A stretch of DNA of 61,163 nt, the filler included. It is 8 parts of 8 records of this genome, joined end to end, with 100 filler letters (N's around TTAATTAATTAA, not from the genome) between each part and the next. Parts side by side here need not be neighbours in the genome. Positions count along the whole stretch, not along the records: positions 10,874 to 16,818 come from SRR31147125_8835; positions 16,919 to 25,530 come from SRR31147125_8858; 6 more parts are not named here. The stretch is one strand, 5' to 3'. The position numbers and the translations under genes were made by a program. A model generated the notes under the pieces. The model was given only the letters and a program-made list of their open reading frames with translations, did not search any database and was not told the DNA's origin. Positions 10,958 to 21,069 of the stretch are shown here, piece by piece. The stretch's first letter is position 1. The number at the start of each line of letters is the position of its first letter.

Positions 10958-12115
10958 TCATGCTCCCAATTTTTGATGCACATTTTTCATTTCATAACTG
11001 ATCTCTATTTGCTGGGGACACATTTCTTCGCATTCCCTACATTCATTACAATTCGCGGCTTTTTGTTGCGGATAAAGAAAATGATTATAATGCATATAAC
11101 TCAAATCTTCATCTTTGAACATAAAAGTATCATTATAAATAGAAAAATTAAAAGGAATATCAACACCCTGGGGACAGGGCATACAATAAGCACATGACGT
11201 ACAATCCACTTTGAGCATGTGTCGGTATTTTTCGGTTACCTTTTTGATGAGATTAAGTTCATTAGGTGCAAGAGATAATGCTTTGGCATCATCCACAATT
11301 CTGAGATTATCTATCAGCTGATCCATTGAACTCATTCCACCTAATGCCATTGAAACCTCCGGATGATTCCAGACCCAGCGCAAAGCCCATTCTGCAGGCG
11401 TTCTTTTTACAGGTGCTGTGTTCCATAGTTTATCAACTTCAGCCGGGATTTTTTCCGTTAATTTGCCTCCGCGTAACGGTTCCATTACCACAACCCCAAT
11501 CCCTTTGTTGCTGGCATATTCCAGGCCCTCTTTTCCCGCCTGATTGTTTTCATCAAAATAGTTATACTGGATCTGACACATATCCCAATCATAACTGTCA
11601 ATGATTTCCTTAAATAATTTTATATTATCATGAAAAGAAAACCCTACATATCTCACCCGACCATCTGACACGATTTTCTCTAAAAAAGAAAAGACATCTG
11701 ATTCCTGCATCTTTTTCCATAACGGTGCATTCAATAAATGTAAAAGGTAAAAGTCAACATAATCTGTCTGTAATTTTAACAGTTGTTCATTAATAAATTT
11801 TTCAAAATCATTGATGCTTTGAACCAAATAAGTAGGCAGTTTTGTTGCTATCATGACTTTATCACGGTCAGATTTTAAATATTTTCCTACAAGTGCTTCA
11901 CCCTTTCCGCCATGATAGGCATATGCTGTGTCAAAATAGTTGATGCCATGGTCAATCCCGTAACGGATCATTCTCTCTGTTTGTTTTTCATCCACAGGTT
12001 TTTCCGGATCAAAAATATCGACTTCACTCGTTTTATTAATCAAAGGAAATCGCATACATCCGAAACCAAGGACAGATACATCACAACCTGTTTTACCTAA
12101 TTTTCTGTAAAGCAT
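10958..12115 (-). CDS. Aldo/keto reductase with C-terminal 4Fe-4S dicluster
   Basis: MLYRKLGKTG..SVLGFGCMRFP, GINYFDTAYAY, ATKLP; CTSCAYCMPCP and CNECRECEEMCP; GGAGG RBS. Confidence 0.9.
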   Translation of the reverse strand: MLYRKLGKTGCDVSVLGFGCMRFPLINKTSEVDIFDPEKPVDEKQTERMIRYGIDHGINYFDTAYAYHGGKGEALVGKYLKSDRDKVMIATKLPTYLVQSINDFEKFINEQLLKLQTDYVDFYLLHLLNAPLWKKMQESDVFSFLEKIVSDGRVRYVGFSFHDNIKLFKEIIDSYDWDMCQIQYNYFDENNQAGKEGLEYASNKGIGVVVMEPLRGGKLTEKIPAEVDKLWNTAPVKRTPAEWALRWVWNHPEVSMALGGMSSMDQLIDNLRIVDDAKALSLAPNELNLIKKVTEKYRHMLKVDCTSCAYCMPCPQGVDIPFNFSIYNDTFMFKDEDLSYMHYNHFLYPQQKAANCNECRECEEMCPQQIEISYEMKNVHQKLGA

Positions 12116-13057
12116 AAGCGCCTCCTCTTGTTTTTTCAAATGACTGCAAATCAACTACTGATTAGATTTTTAATATAGCATTGAGCATCATTGGGTGGGA
12201 AAACAAAAGACAAAACAAAAGCTGCATACTGTGGACCATGACAAACGCTTAAAAAAAACAACGTTTGCAGGCCGGTGCCTGATTTTGTTATACTTTTTGT
12301 CAGTTAATTGAATTTATCCATTCGGCAATGTTAAAACGTGACATGCAACATGCCTAAAAGTACATCTCATTTATTAGATAATTGCTATACCACGAATTAG
12401 ATCAACAACAATCACTATCACGTTCTAAATACAATATACACATCACATTGTAAAAACAGTTAAAATCATCTCGTTAGTAAAACCACATTTATTCCACAAG
12501 ATCCTGAGTACGGACATTTTTGATTAAGCGTTACTTGATTTGAAAGCTGTACCAAAACTTGATCTTGACTTAAACCATAATTTTCAACTACCTTTTAGAA
12601 TACTGTAATATAGGGCGAGGAGAACAAGATGTGTAATGCAAGTGGGGAAGAATATGATTAGCAAAAAATCGAAACCCGCCATCGTCATCAATCGATTATT
12701 TTGTGTTGTTCGCTTTTTAGGAGAAATTTGGAATTTTTATATTTATACATTACAAAACACATGAGGATCAGCAAAGATTCTATTTATATTATCTTTTTTG
12801 CCCTTTATAATTTCCAGATATTTCATTTTTACGATCCACTGAATCTCAACAGTTAAAAATAAAAGAATGGAATGAAATACAATTCGGATAAAGGTAACAC
12901 CCGAATCATGTCTGGGACATCAGGATAGTCCACACACCTCATTGTAAAAGTTTGATACAGAGAACCTGATTTTTTTATCTTTCACTTTATTTTTTCTATC
13001 TTGATACCTTTGTGGCATAATTGTTTCTTTTGTAAGAACTTTTATCAAATACTTTCA

Positions 13058-14068
13058 TTAATACCCGATTCCCTTTGCACTCACCTTAACTCGACACAAA
13101 TACATATCGGCCGTAATATAAAGTTCATCTCCATTGTTACCACCAAAACAGCAATTGGATACTCTGGTTCCAGTATCAATACTACCGAGAAAATTGCCAT
13201 CCGGAGTAAAAACCATCACACCACCCGGTCCGGATGCCCAAATATGTCCGGTCGCATCTACAGCCAAGCCGTCACAAGCTCCACCTGTACCGTATTTATC
13301 AAAATCTGTGGCATCGTGAAAGAGTCGGCCGTTGCGGGTTGATCCATCTGCTGCCACATCAAAGACCATCCATATTTTCTTTTTTCCGGAATTGGCTATA
13401 TATAGTCTCTTTTCATCAGGTGACAAGCCAATGCCGTTCGGCCTTTTCAACTCTCTGGTTACCAGCTCGATCGTGCCAACAGGACTTACATGATACACCC
13501 CGCAAAAATCCAGTTCTTTACCCGGATAGTCCGGCCCGGTCAGACCATATGGAGGATCTGTGAAATAAAGGTGTCCCCTTGAACTGATCACAACATCATT
13601 GGGACTATTGAGTTTTTTCCCATTAAACTGGTCCATAAGAATGGATTTCGTCCAGTTTTTCTGATTTAACATGGCGATACATCGATTGCCATGATCACAC
13701 ATCACAAGCTGATTGTTCACAGGATTGACAAACAGGCCATTACAACCAAGTTCTTTTCCAGGTGGATTATCACCCAAAGCATAACCTGCCGGCCGCAGAT
13801 ATACAGTCAATCCCTCCTTTTCGTTCCATTTATAAGTTGTATTTTGCGGGATATCATTGAACAACAGATATCCACCGTCCTTAATCCACACTGGTCCTTC
13901 GCACCAGTCAAATCCTTCTGCCAGGACTTCAATAATCGAGCCCTCCGGAATGAGCTTGTTGATATCAGGATTATCCCGATGGATTTTACCAATAGTTTTG
14001 TAGGCCATATCCGATGGGTAACAAAGACCGAAAAGTAACAAACATATCAGGAAAGATTTCATTTTCAT
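13058..14068 (-). CDS. SMP-30/gluconolactonase/LRE family protein, secreted
   Basis: GFDWCEGPVW, LNSPNDV, FTDPPYG, PNGIGLSPD and DGLAVDATG motifs; signal peptide MKMKSFLICLLL. Confidence 0.9.
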   Translation of the reverse strand: MKMKSFLICLLLFGLCYPSDMAYKTIGKIHRDNPDINKLIPEGSIIEVLAEGFDWCEGPVWIKDGGYLLFNDIPQNTTYKWNEKEGLTVYLRPAGYALGDNPPGKELGCNGLFVNPVNNQLVMCDHGNRCIAMLNQKNWTKSILMDQFNGKKLNSPNDVVISSRGHLYFTDPPYGLTGPDYPGKELDFCGVYHVSPVGTIELVTRELKRPNGIGLSPDEKRLYIANSGKKKIWMVFDVAADGSTRNGRLFHDATDFDKYGTGGACDGLAVDATGHIWASGPGGVMVFTPDGNFLGSIDTGTRVSNCCFGGNNGDELYITADMYLCRVKVSAKGIGY

Positions 14069-14521
14069 GATGATTATTCCTTTTTTTGAGTTAAAACCTC
14101 TTAACTTGTTCAATATTCGCGAAACTCTTTTGCTCGTATTTTTAAGCCATGAATCGGGAGTTAAAGAGTGATGGAAACATAAACATATAACAAAAAACCT
14201 TGTAGTATCAGGATAAAATGTATGTAACATGACAGAAAAGAACAAGACATCAATGAATCACTTTTTATAATTTCGTTATTATCCTGTTTTATGTTTTCTA
14301 TAAGCAACCAGGCAAAACAAGTGAATAATTCTCTCGATGTCACCAGTTCCGAGCAAACTGACTTGAACGATAGAACTGCTGTTTACAACCAACTGTCCAC
14401 TATATCCCGCCAACAACTCACAACCAACTGGCATTTTGTCACCAACTCCCCCAACCTGGAAATATTTACCCTATTATTGCCGTTAATACTGATAATATTA
14501 TTTAAAACAGGGAGCCTAAAA

Positions 14522-15391
14522 ATGATAAACAGACGATCTTTTATTAAATATAGCACAGCCGTTACTGGTGCCGCTCTTTTACCTATTCCTTCTCTTCTCC
14601 ACGCGGAAGCAAAGAAAAAACACGCAAATGATATCGTCACATTGGGCAAAACAGGCATCAAAGCCTCACGCCTGGCCATGGGCACTGGCACCCATGGCGT
14701 TAATAAACGTTCCAATCAATCCACCAAACTTGGCATTAGTGGCGTGTCGGATTTACTTTACGCCGCATACGATATGGGCATCAACTTTTGGGATTCAGCC
14801 GATCAGTACGGTACTCACCCGCATCTAAAAGAAGCACTAAAACGAGTACCGCGGGATAAAGTGGTTATCCTTACCAAAACACATGCCACTTCAGCAAAAG
14901 AAATGCGGGCCGATATCAATCGCTTCCGCAAGGAATTGGGCACCGACTACCTGGACATTGTTTTACTGCATTTTATGACCAAATCGGACTGGCCGACTCT
15001 CAAACAAGCGGGCATGGAGGAATTGTCAAAAATGCGTGAGGATGGCATTATTCGCGCTCACGGCGTTTCCTGTCACACTCTGGGTGCTCTGAAAGCGGCA
15101 GCCAATTCAGACTGGGTACAGGTGGATCTGGCGCGTATAAATCCTTACGGATCCCGTATGGATGACACGATCGAAAAAGTGGTTCCCGTACTCAAACGCA
15201 TGCACAAACAGGGAAAAAGCGTCCTTGGCATGAAAATATTTGGTGCCGGTCAACTGCGCGATAAAGTCGATGAGTGTCTGCAATTTGTTCTGAAACAGGA
15301 TTATGTGGATGCCTTTACCATCGGTCAGGAAAATGTAACCGAAATGAATGATCTGATCAAACGCATCCCGGAGATGAGTATCAAGGTTTGA
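14522..15391 (+). CDS. Tat-exported aldo/keto reductase
   Basis: MINRRSFIK twin-arginine signal; LGKTGIKASRLAMGT, GINFWDSADQYG and YLDIVLLH motifs. Confidence 0.88.
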   Translation: MINRRSFIKYSTAVTGAALLPIPSLLHAEAKKKHANDIVTLGKTGIKASRLAMGTGTHGVNKRSNQSTKLGISGVSDLLYAAYDMGINFWDSADQYGTHPHLKEALKRVPRDKVVILTKTHATSAKEMRADINRFRKELGTDYLDIVLLHFMTKSDWPTLKQAGMEELSKMREDGIIRAHGVSCHTLGALKAAANSDWVQVDLARINPYGSRMDDTIEKVVPVLKRMHKQGKSVLGMKIFGAGQLRDKVDECLQFVLKQDYVDAFTIGQENVTEMNDLIKRIPEMSIKV

Positions 15392-15412
15392 GAATTTTCA
15401 AATAGCTTTTAT

Positions 15413-15452
15413 AAAAAAAGACAAACGAATCAGATCCCGTTTGTCTTTTTTT
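15413..15452. terminator. Bidirectional intrinsic terminator
   Basis: AAAAAAAGACAAACG-loop-CGTTTGTCTTTTTTT inverted repeat just after the AKR stop. Confidence 0.8.
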
Positions 15453-15952
15453 ATATGTTCAAAATTTCTCATAATACTAAACACAAGGTGCAAAAAGATT
15501 CTATTTAAATACCGTTTTTTGCCCCGAAAATACCGGGTAAAAGGATCCATCGGTTCGTATATAGTGTGTGATTTCAGTTTATCCGAAATTTGTTTTTAAA
15601 CATAAGGAGAACTGATATCTGAATCCAAAAAAAGATACCAGGTATTGGGCATATGCATTAAATGGATTTACCTGAGATTCGCATTCAGGTACTGCAAGGT
15701 AGAGTGCTCTAAACTTTTGATTTAGCAAAATCTTCATGGTATACAGGGATTTTTGAATACAAATTAACGTCCTTGCAGTCACCTGAAATACGTTGTTATG
15801 TTGCTAAAAATTGGTGGTGGTCATATAACGTAGTTAATGGGTCATTCCGTTTGTTTGACTCTGTTTTCATCGAGATTTTTATGAGGGATTGTGCCAGGAA
15901 AATCGTAATCGCATCAGGATTATTGCAGATTCGGCCGTTACTTTTCGTAATG

Positions 15953-16462
15953 TTATATGCGAACCAAATGGAGGCACAAGAATGATACCTGGCTCTCATG
16001 TAAACAGGTAAATAAAATGTAGCAAAGGAAATTATGAACTCTTTTTTGAAAAAATACCTTTACAGGGATCAAAATTCCGGTTAGCCACAAAATAGTCACA
16101 ATCAAATGTAACATCATATTTAAAACATCACCTTCAATAATTTGCAGAACAAGACCGTAACCCTCGCTAATAGCTAAAGTAATAAAAAAAGACCACCAGG
16201 CCCATTGTTCACCTTTTTTGAATCCTGCGAAAAGGATAAAAAGTAGCGCAATAGAGGTTGTCAACGCAAAGATACCTAAATGTCGAGTTTGGGCGATAAT
16301 AGTATTCGCTACTTCGGATTCCTGAATACTTTCGAGCGTTCTTCCACTTCTGGATTCCAGTGTACTTCCACCAATCGTCTCAGGAGAAAAAATGACAAAA
16401 AGCGACATCAAGATAGAAATACCGACGCTAATAGTCAGAATGATTGTGGCTGTTTTTAACAT
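15953..16462 (-). CDS. Four-TM hypothetical membrane protein; true stop is probably ~16032
   Basis: GGAGG RBS and four hydrophobic helices. The C-terminal extension follows T/A runs and is probably an artefact. Confidence 0.6.
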   Translation of the reverse strand: MLKTATIILTISVGISILMSLFVIFSPETIGGSTLESRSGRTLESIQESEVANTIIAQTRHLGIFALTTSIALLFILFAGFKKGEQWAWWSFFITLAISEGYGLVLQIIEGDVLNMMLHLIVTILWLTGILIPVKVFFQKRVHNFLCYILFTCLHESQVSFLCLHLVRI

Positions 16463-16818
16463 TTTGTTACCCTCCTTCTGCTTTCATCATTATGGATGTT
16501 GTTGATTTAGTATTTCTAATGTTCAGATAAAAGTATACATATCACCTCCTTTGTAAAATGGTTAGATGTAAAATCGTTATTTAAATCATTATAGTGCGAT
16601 AAAGCAGGATAATCAAAAAACACAAAACGGATACTATACATAAATTGTACTTGACAATTTAAGTGCTTGAAGAAATCGCATAATTTTATCCACTTGAAAC
16701 GCTTCTCAGACGATGAATTCTTTAGCAGTATATCAATTTGTTGTATCAATCCAGTATCGTCGCAGAATTCGACCTGCTCTATGTGAATAACTTTCCGAGT
16801 CGAGCCTTCCGCCATTTT

Positions 16819-16918
16819 NNNNNNNNNNNNNNNNNNNNNNNNNNNNNNNNNNNNNNNNNNNNTTAATTAATTAANNNNNNNNNNNNNNNNNNNNNNNNNN
16901 NNNNNNNNNNNNNNNNNN
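16819..16918. other. Artificial contig spacer
   Basis: N44-TTAATTAATTAA-N44. Confidence 0.99.
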
Positions 16919-18692
16919 AAAAGATAAATTGGATGAAGGTTGTAAAACCACTGAGCTCATTTTTTCAGCAATTCTGGCTCTCGATATTATATATGATGAA
17001 CTGTCATTCGAAGATATTCAGTTGTGTGAGAAAGTTATTGAAAGTCAGATTTTTAAAGTTAGCAGAACCGGACCATGGGCTGAGGCGCGATATGGAACAC
17101 ATGGAACTTGGGATATTTACAAAGGAATTCGTACTGAACCTCATGATGAGTATTATGATGCCATAATGGTTCAGATTACACCAGATGGAGCAAGCCCGGT
17201 AACTAATCATTACGCATGGGAGCGTGTTGGTGGTGGAGATAGTCGTGTCGCAAAATCAGGATACATGGATGTACTGGAGTTTACCGGTATTGATAAACGT
17301 TATTACAACAACAAGCTAATAAGGAAGTTTCAGCGCTGGTTGTTTGGTTCCAGTGTTAACTGTGCAAAAGAAATGGCAATTTTTGGTGATATGCTGCCAA
17401 CGCAAGAAATTAATAATGATATGCTTCACCGGAGAGTGGTGAATTTCGATATGGAGGCTGCTGGCTATGCGGCATGGTTACATGAAAACAAACCCGCAAT
17501 AGGCCATATTTTGACTTATATTTTACCAAAGCAATCATTGCCTCAGCCAATTGTTCCTTCGAGCAAAATTTTCGAAAATGGCGGTGCCTTTTTTCGAGAT
17601 AAGGAGGATGACCCCAATGGATTACATGCTGTCTTATACAATATAAAAACCCAAGATGAATGGCATACACATAATGAGGTGAATGGTCTTTCTTTGTCTG
17701 GTTTGGGTAATCGTTTGTTGGTTAATGGAGGAAGGCTTGGAGCACCTACACGGGCAGCTTATCTGAATAATACGCTAACCTTAAATGGAGTAAATCATGA
17801 TTCTCGTCTGGGTGGTGGTATTGTTGATGGATTTACTTCTGATTTCTTGGATTTTGCAGTTGGAAATTCAGGTACTGCATTACCGAATATTCTGCATGAA
17901 AGAAATTTGATTCTTATTCATGGAACTGATAACGCTAACGGATATTTTCTAATATTCGATGAGGTTGAGGCTCAACCTGGAGATATAATAAAAAACTATC
18001 TGCATCCTGCCAATCAATCTACGGTTATTTCTGCTAGTTCATTGGCTGAGTATATTGCAAAAATTGATCATTATGCAACTGTGGATGGCACTTCAGTGTG
18101 TTTTTATTATGTAACCCCTCCAACTGAAGTTAACATTGAAAAATCACAGTCTGCAGTTCAAGATACTTATCCAGGGTATCCAGATCACAATCGCTTAGAG
18201 GCAGTATATAATACAAACCAAGAAGGGAGTCTGAATTTGGCTACGGTTGTATATCCTTATAATGAGAGTTATCCAAAAGCTGATTTTAAGAAAATTGAAG
18301 GTGAAGGATTTAGTGGGTGTTCCATTCAACAGCCAGGTGTAAGCGATTTTATCTTCGAATCAATGTCTGGAGAAGAGTTGGTATCAAATGAAATTACTTT
18401 AAATGCTGAGTTCTGCTTAGTGCGAAAATCACAGAATGAGTTTCCATTTTATTTTGTTCGGAATGGAACTAAAATGAAGGTTGGGAATATTGGATTTGAA
18501 TCGATTAACCCCATAACAATTTATACAAAGGGAAAAACCGGTAGAATAATATCGAATGGCTCAGTAGTGAAATTATATGGTGCTGATATGAGTAATATTC
18601 AGTTTGATTCTGATGCCACTGTTTTAAATTCTACTGCAAATTTCATTGAAGTTCAGCTTGTTAAAGGAACTGTCTCTTTTAAAAGTAATTAA
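16919..18692 (+). CDS. Heparinase II/III-like polysaccharide lyase, 5'-truncated
   Basis: FGD motif, WHTHNE..LSLSGLGNRLLVNGG, NNTLTLNG and HERNLILI..YFLIFDEV match the Hepar_II_III C-terminal pattern. Confidence 0.65.
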
Positions 18693-18704
18693 TATAGGAG
18701 CGTT

Positions 18705-21059
18705 ATGATATTAATAGATAATCATTCACGAAAAATCAATAGAGAAGTAGCAATTGCAATAATTATGCTGTTATGCTTATTTCCGTTTTCTACAATTACA
18801 AATGCTCATCGTGTAAACGATGTTGAACCAGTTAACAGGCAAAACATGGTAGGAGTTAATCTTACCGCATATGGAGGAGTTGGAGGAGATTATACTCCGG
18901 AAAAACCCTATGCCGATGCAATGCGATCACATCGGTTCTGGTGTAAATCTTCGAGTAGTATAACTGCTGCTGATGCTCCGCTTGATGAAAATGGATGGCC
19001 TACTGAAGATGCAAAAGTGAGAGTGTATCATGGGTTAACCACTGCCAATAATCATGGTACTTATAAAATATATTTTGAATGTGAAAATCCAGCTGGAGTA
19101 CAATTAAGTGCAGAAGACGGATTCATCGAAAATCAAACTTATTCAGAAAAGCAAGTTAGCTGTGATCTGGTAATTAATGACGATCAGCACTCTGCACAGG
19201 TACTATACTTCACGAATACTAATGGAGGGGTTCGGAATGTTAAACTTATGCGCCCCATAGCTCCTGGTAGTGTAACTTCTTATTCTCCCGACAGAGTCTT
19301 TACTGACCAATTTAAAGCAGCTGTTGAGCCTTTTAAAGTGCTGCGTTGCGTGCATTGGATGAGGACTACTGTCCCAGGATGTGATTCTCTTTGGACAAAG
19401 CGTACAAGGTGGACCTATGCAACCCAACAACCCCAAAATCCTTATGCAAATGGATGGGGGAAGTCACAACCACCTTGGGAATCAATCATAAAATTTGCAA
19501 ATGCTACAGGCAAAGATGTTTGGATTAACACCCCAATACGGGCAAATGATGAATATCTTACTAACCTTGCCAGGTTATTTAAAGAAGGTAATGACGATTG
19601 TGAACCTTTAAATCCAGAGCTAAAGCTCTATGTTGAATACGCCAATGAAGTATGGAACAGTGGCTATGGGAAACAAATGACCTGGATTTATTCGCAGTTG
19701 GACAACCACCCCGAGTTAGCATTTGATGGTACTACGGATGAACTTCTTAAATACTGGCGATATTCGGGAATGCGAACAGTTCAAATAAGCGATATTTTTC
19801 GTTCTGTATTTGGTGATGACCAGATGATGACTCGAATTCGCCCTGTTTTATGCCACTGGAAGGGGCAATACTCTGTTGTTCAAAAGTGCATGCGGTTTAT
19901 TGATAAGTATTATAATAAAATGGACTCTCAATCAGATTATTCAGATCCTCATCCGGTTAATCATTATTTATATGCCTACTGCTCCAGTACCTATTGGAAA
20001 CAAAAAATGCAGATGCCGGAACTTACCATTGAAAATATTTGGGAATCCGGGCTATGGGTCGCAGCAAATCATTATGAAGAGATAGCAGAAAGCTCTACTA
20101 TCGCCAAAATGTATGGTTTGTCCTTTATGGGCTACGAAGGAGGACCTCATCAACATGGAAATAATACAGAGGTTCTTAAAGATGCATGCATCGATCCACG
20201 TATGCGTGAAAAACAAGCAGAAATGCAGAGAATGTTTAATCAAGTGGATGGAGAAATTAATGTTCTTTATACCTTAATTGGTTCACCATCCGGACCAATT
20301 GATATATTACGTCAGGATATTGGAAATCTCGACAGACCACGTTATCAATCGATTCTTGATATTAATCAAAGTGAGCCTGATAATATCACCATGGGGTCAG
20401 TGGCTCCATTTAAAAGGGATGGACGTGATTTTGATATTTCAATTAGTGGAACAGGAGGAACAGGCTCTTTAAACCTTATTGCCGACAACGTTTCATGGAG
20501 TACTCCTTATACAGCTGCCTATTGTTTTCAGGTAAATGCGGTTGATTCTTACAATTTGATGGTTGAGTATAGTACAACACAATCAGCTACATTAATTGTT
20601 GAGTTTGCTGGGAGTGTAGTAGGAACTTTTGATTTGTCAAGTACTGGCGGAAACGTACAAACTACATCAGCCATGAATATAAGTTGTGAACCTGATAAAC
20701 TTTACGCAATACGGTTAGTTGCAAAAACAGGGACAATTACTGTAAAATCGGTTACTCTGGATATTTCCACTTCGTCTGTTGATTTAGAAGAAAATTCTGA
20801 TCCTGAAAACAATATGAAAATTTACCCTTGTCCTGCGAATGATTTAATAAATGTAGAATTCTTTAGCTCTTCTAATAATGCTTCAAATATCGAGATTTAT
20901 GATATGGTTGGCAACAAGGTGTTCAATGAAGAATATAAAACTAGTATTGGAAATAACCTGCATAGTGTATCAACACTTTCGCTTGAAAATGGAATGTATA
21001 CATTCAAATTAACCAGAGGAATTGAAACAGCAATAAGTAAGGTTCTTATTCGAAAATAA
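18705..21059 (+). CDS. Secreted putative clan GH-A glycoside hydrolase with a CBM-like domain and a T9SS type A sorting domain
   Basis: Signal peptide; LYVEYANEVWN and MGYEGG motifs; C-terminal KIYPCPANDLINV..IYDMVGNKV..LENGMYTFKL. Confidence 0.65.
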   Translation: MILIDNHSRKINREVAIAIIMLLCLFPFSTITNAHRVNDVEPVNRQNMVGVNLTAYGGVGGDYTPEKPYADAMRSHRFWCKSSSSITAADAPLDENGWPTEDAKVRVYHGLTTANNHGTYKIYFECENPAGVQLSAEDGFIENQTYSEKQVSCDLVINDDQHSAQVLYFTNTNGGVRNVKLMRPIAPGSVTSYSPDRVFTDQFKAAVEPFKVLRCVHWMRTTVPGCDSLWTKRTRWTYATQQPQNPYANGWGKSQPPWESIIKFANATGKDVWINTPIRANDEYLTNLARLFKEGNDDCEPLNPELKLYVEYANEVWNSGYGKQMTWIYSQLDNHPELAFDGTTDELLKYWRYSGMRTVQISDIFRSVFGDDQMMTRIRPVLCHWKGQYSVVQKCMRFIDKYYNKMDSQSDYSDPHPVNHYLYAYCSSTYWKQKMQMPELTIENIWESGLWVAANHYEEIAESSTIAKMYGLSFMGYEGGPHQHGNNTEVLKDACIDPRMREKQAEMQRMFNQVDGEINVLYTLIGSPSGPIDILRQDIGNLDRPRYQSILDINQSEPDNITMGSVAPFKRDGRDFDISISGTGGTGSLNLIADNVSWSTPYTAAYCFQVNAVDSYNLMVEYSTTQSATLIVEFAGSVVGTFDLSSTGGNVQTTSAMNISCEPDKLYAIRLVAKTGTITVKSVTLDISTSSVDLEENSDPENNMKIYPCPANDLINVEFFSSSNNASNIEIYDMVGNKVFNEEYKTSIGNNLHSVSTLSLENGMYTFKLTRGIETAISKVLIRK

Positions 21060-21069
21060 TATAAAAGCT

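Noticed and set aside
12155-13057. About 900-bp AT-rich non-coding region as an ncRNA or riboswitch
   Set aside because: I could not recognise a conserved motif, a strong hairpin set or a repeat array by eye; an Rfam scan would be needed.
14069-14521. Long N-terminal extensions of ORFs 13058-14245 and 14291-15391, and a CCAAC-rich stretch
   Set aside because: Better starts with RBS and signal peptides lie at 14068 and 14522. The CCAAC-rich tract has no regular period.
15480-16818. Short ORFs (15579-15782, 15773-15985, 15796-15999, 16516-16815)
   Set aside because: No recognisable motifs or convincing RBS; they may be decayed gene remnants.
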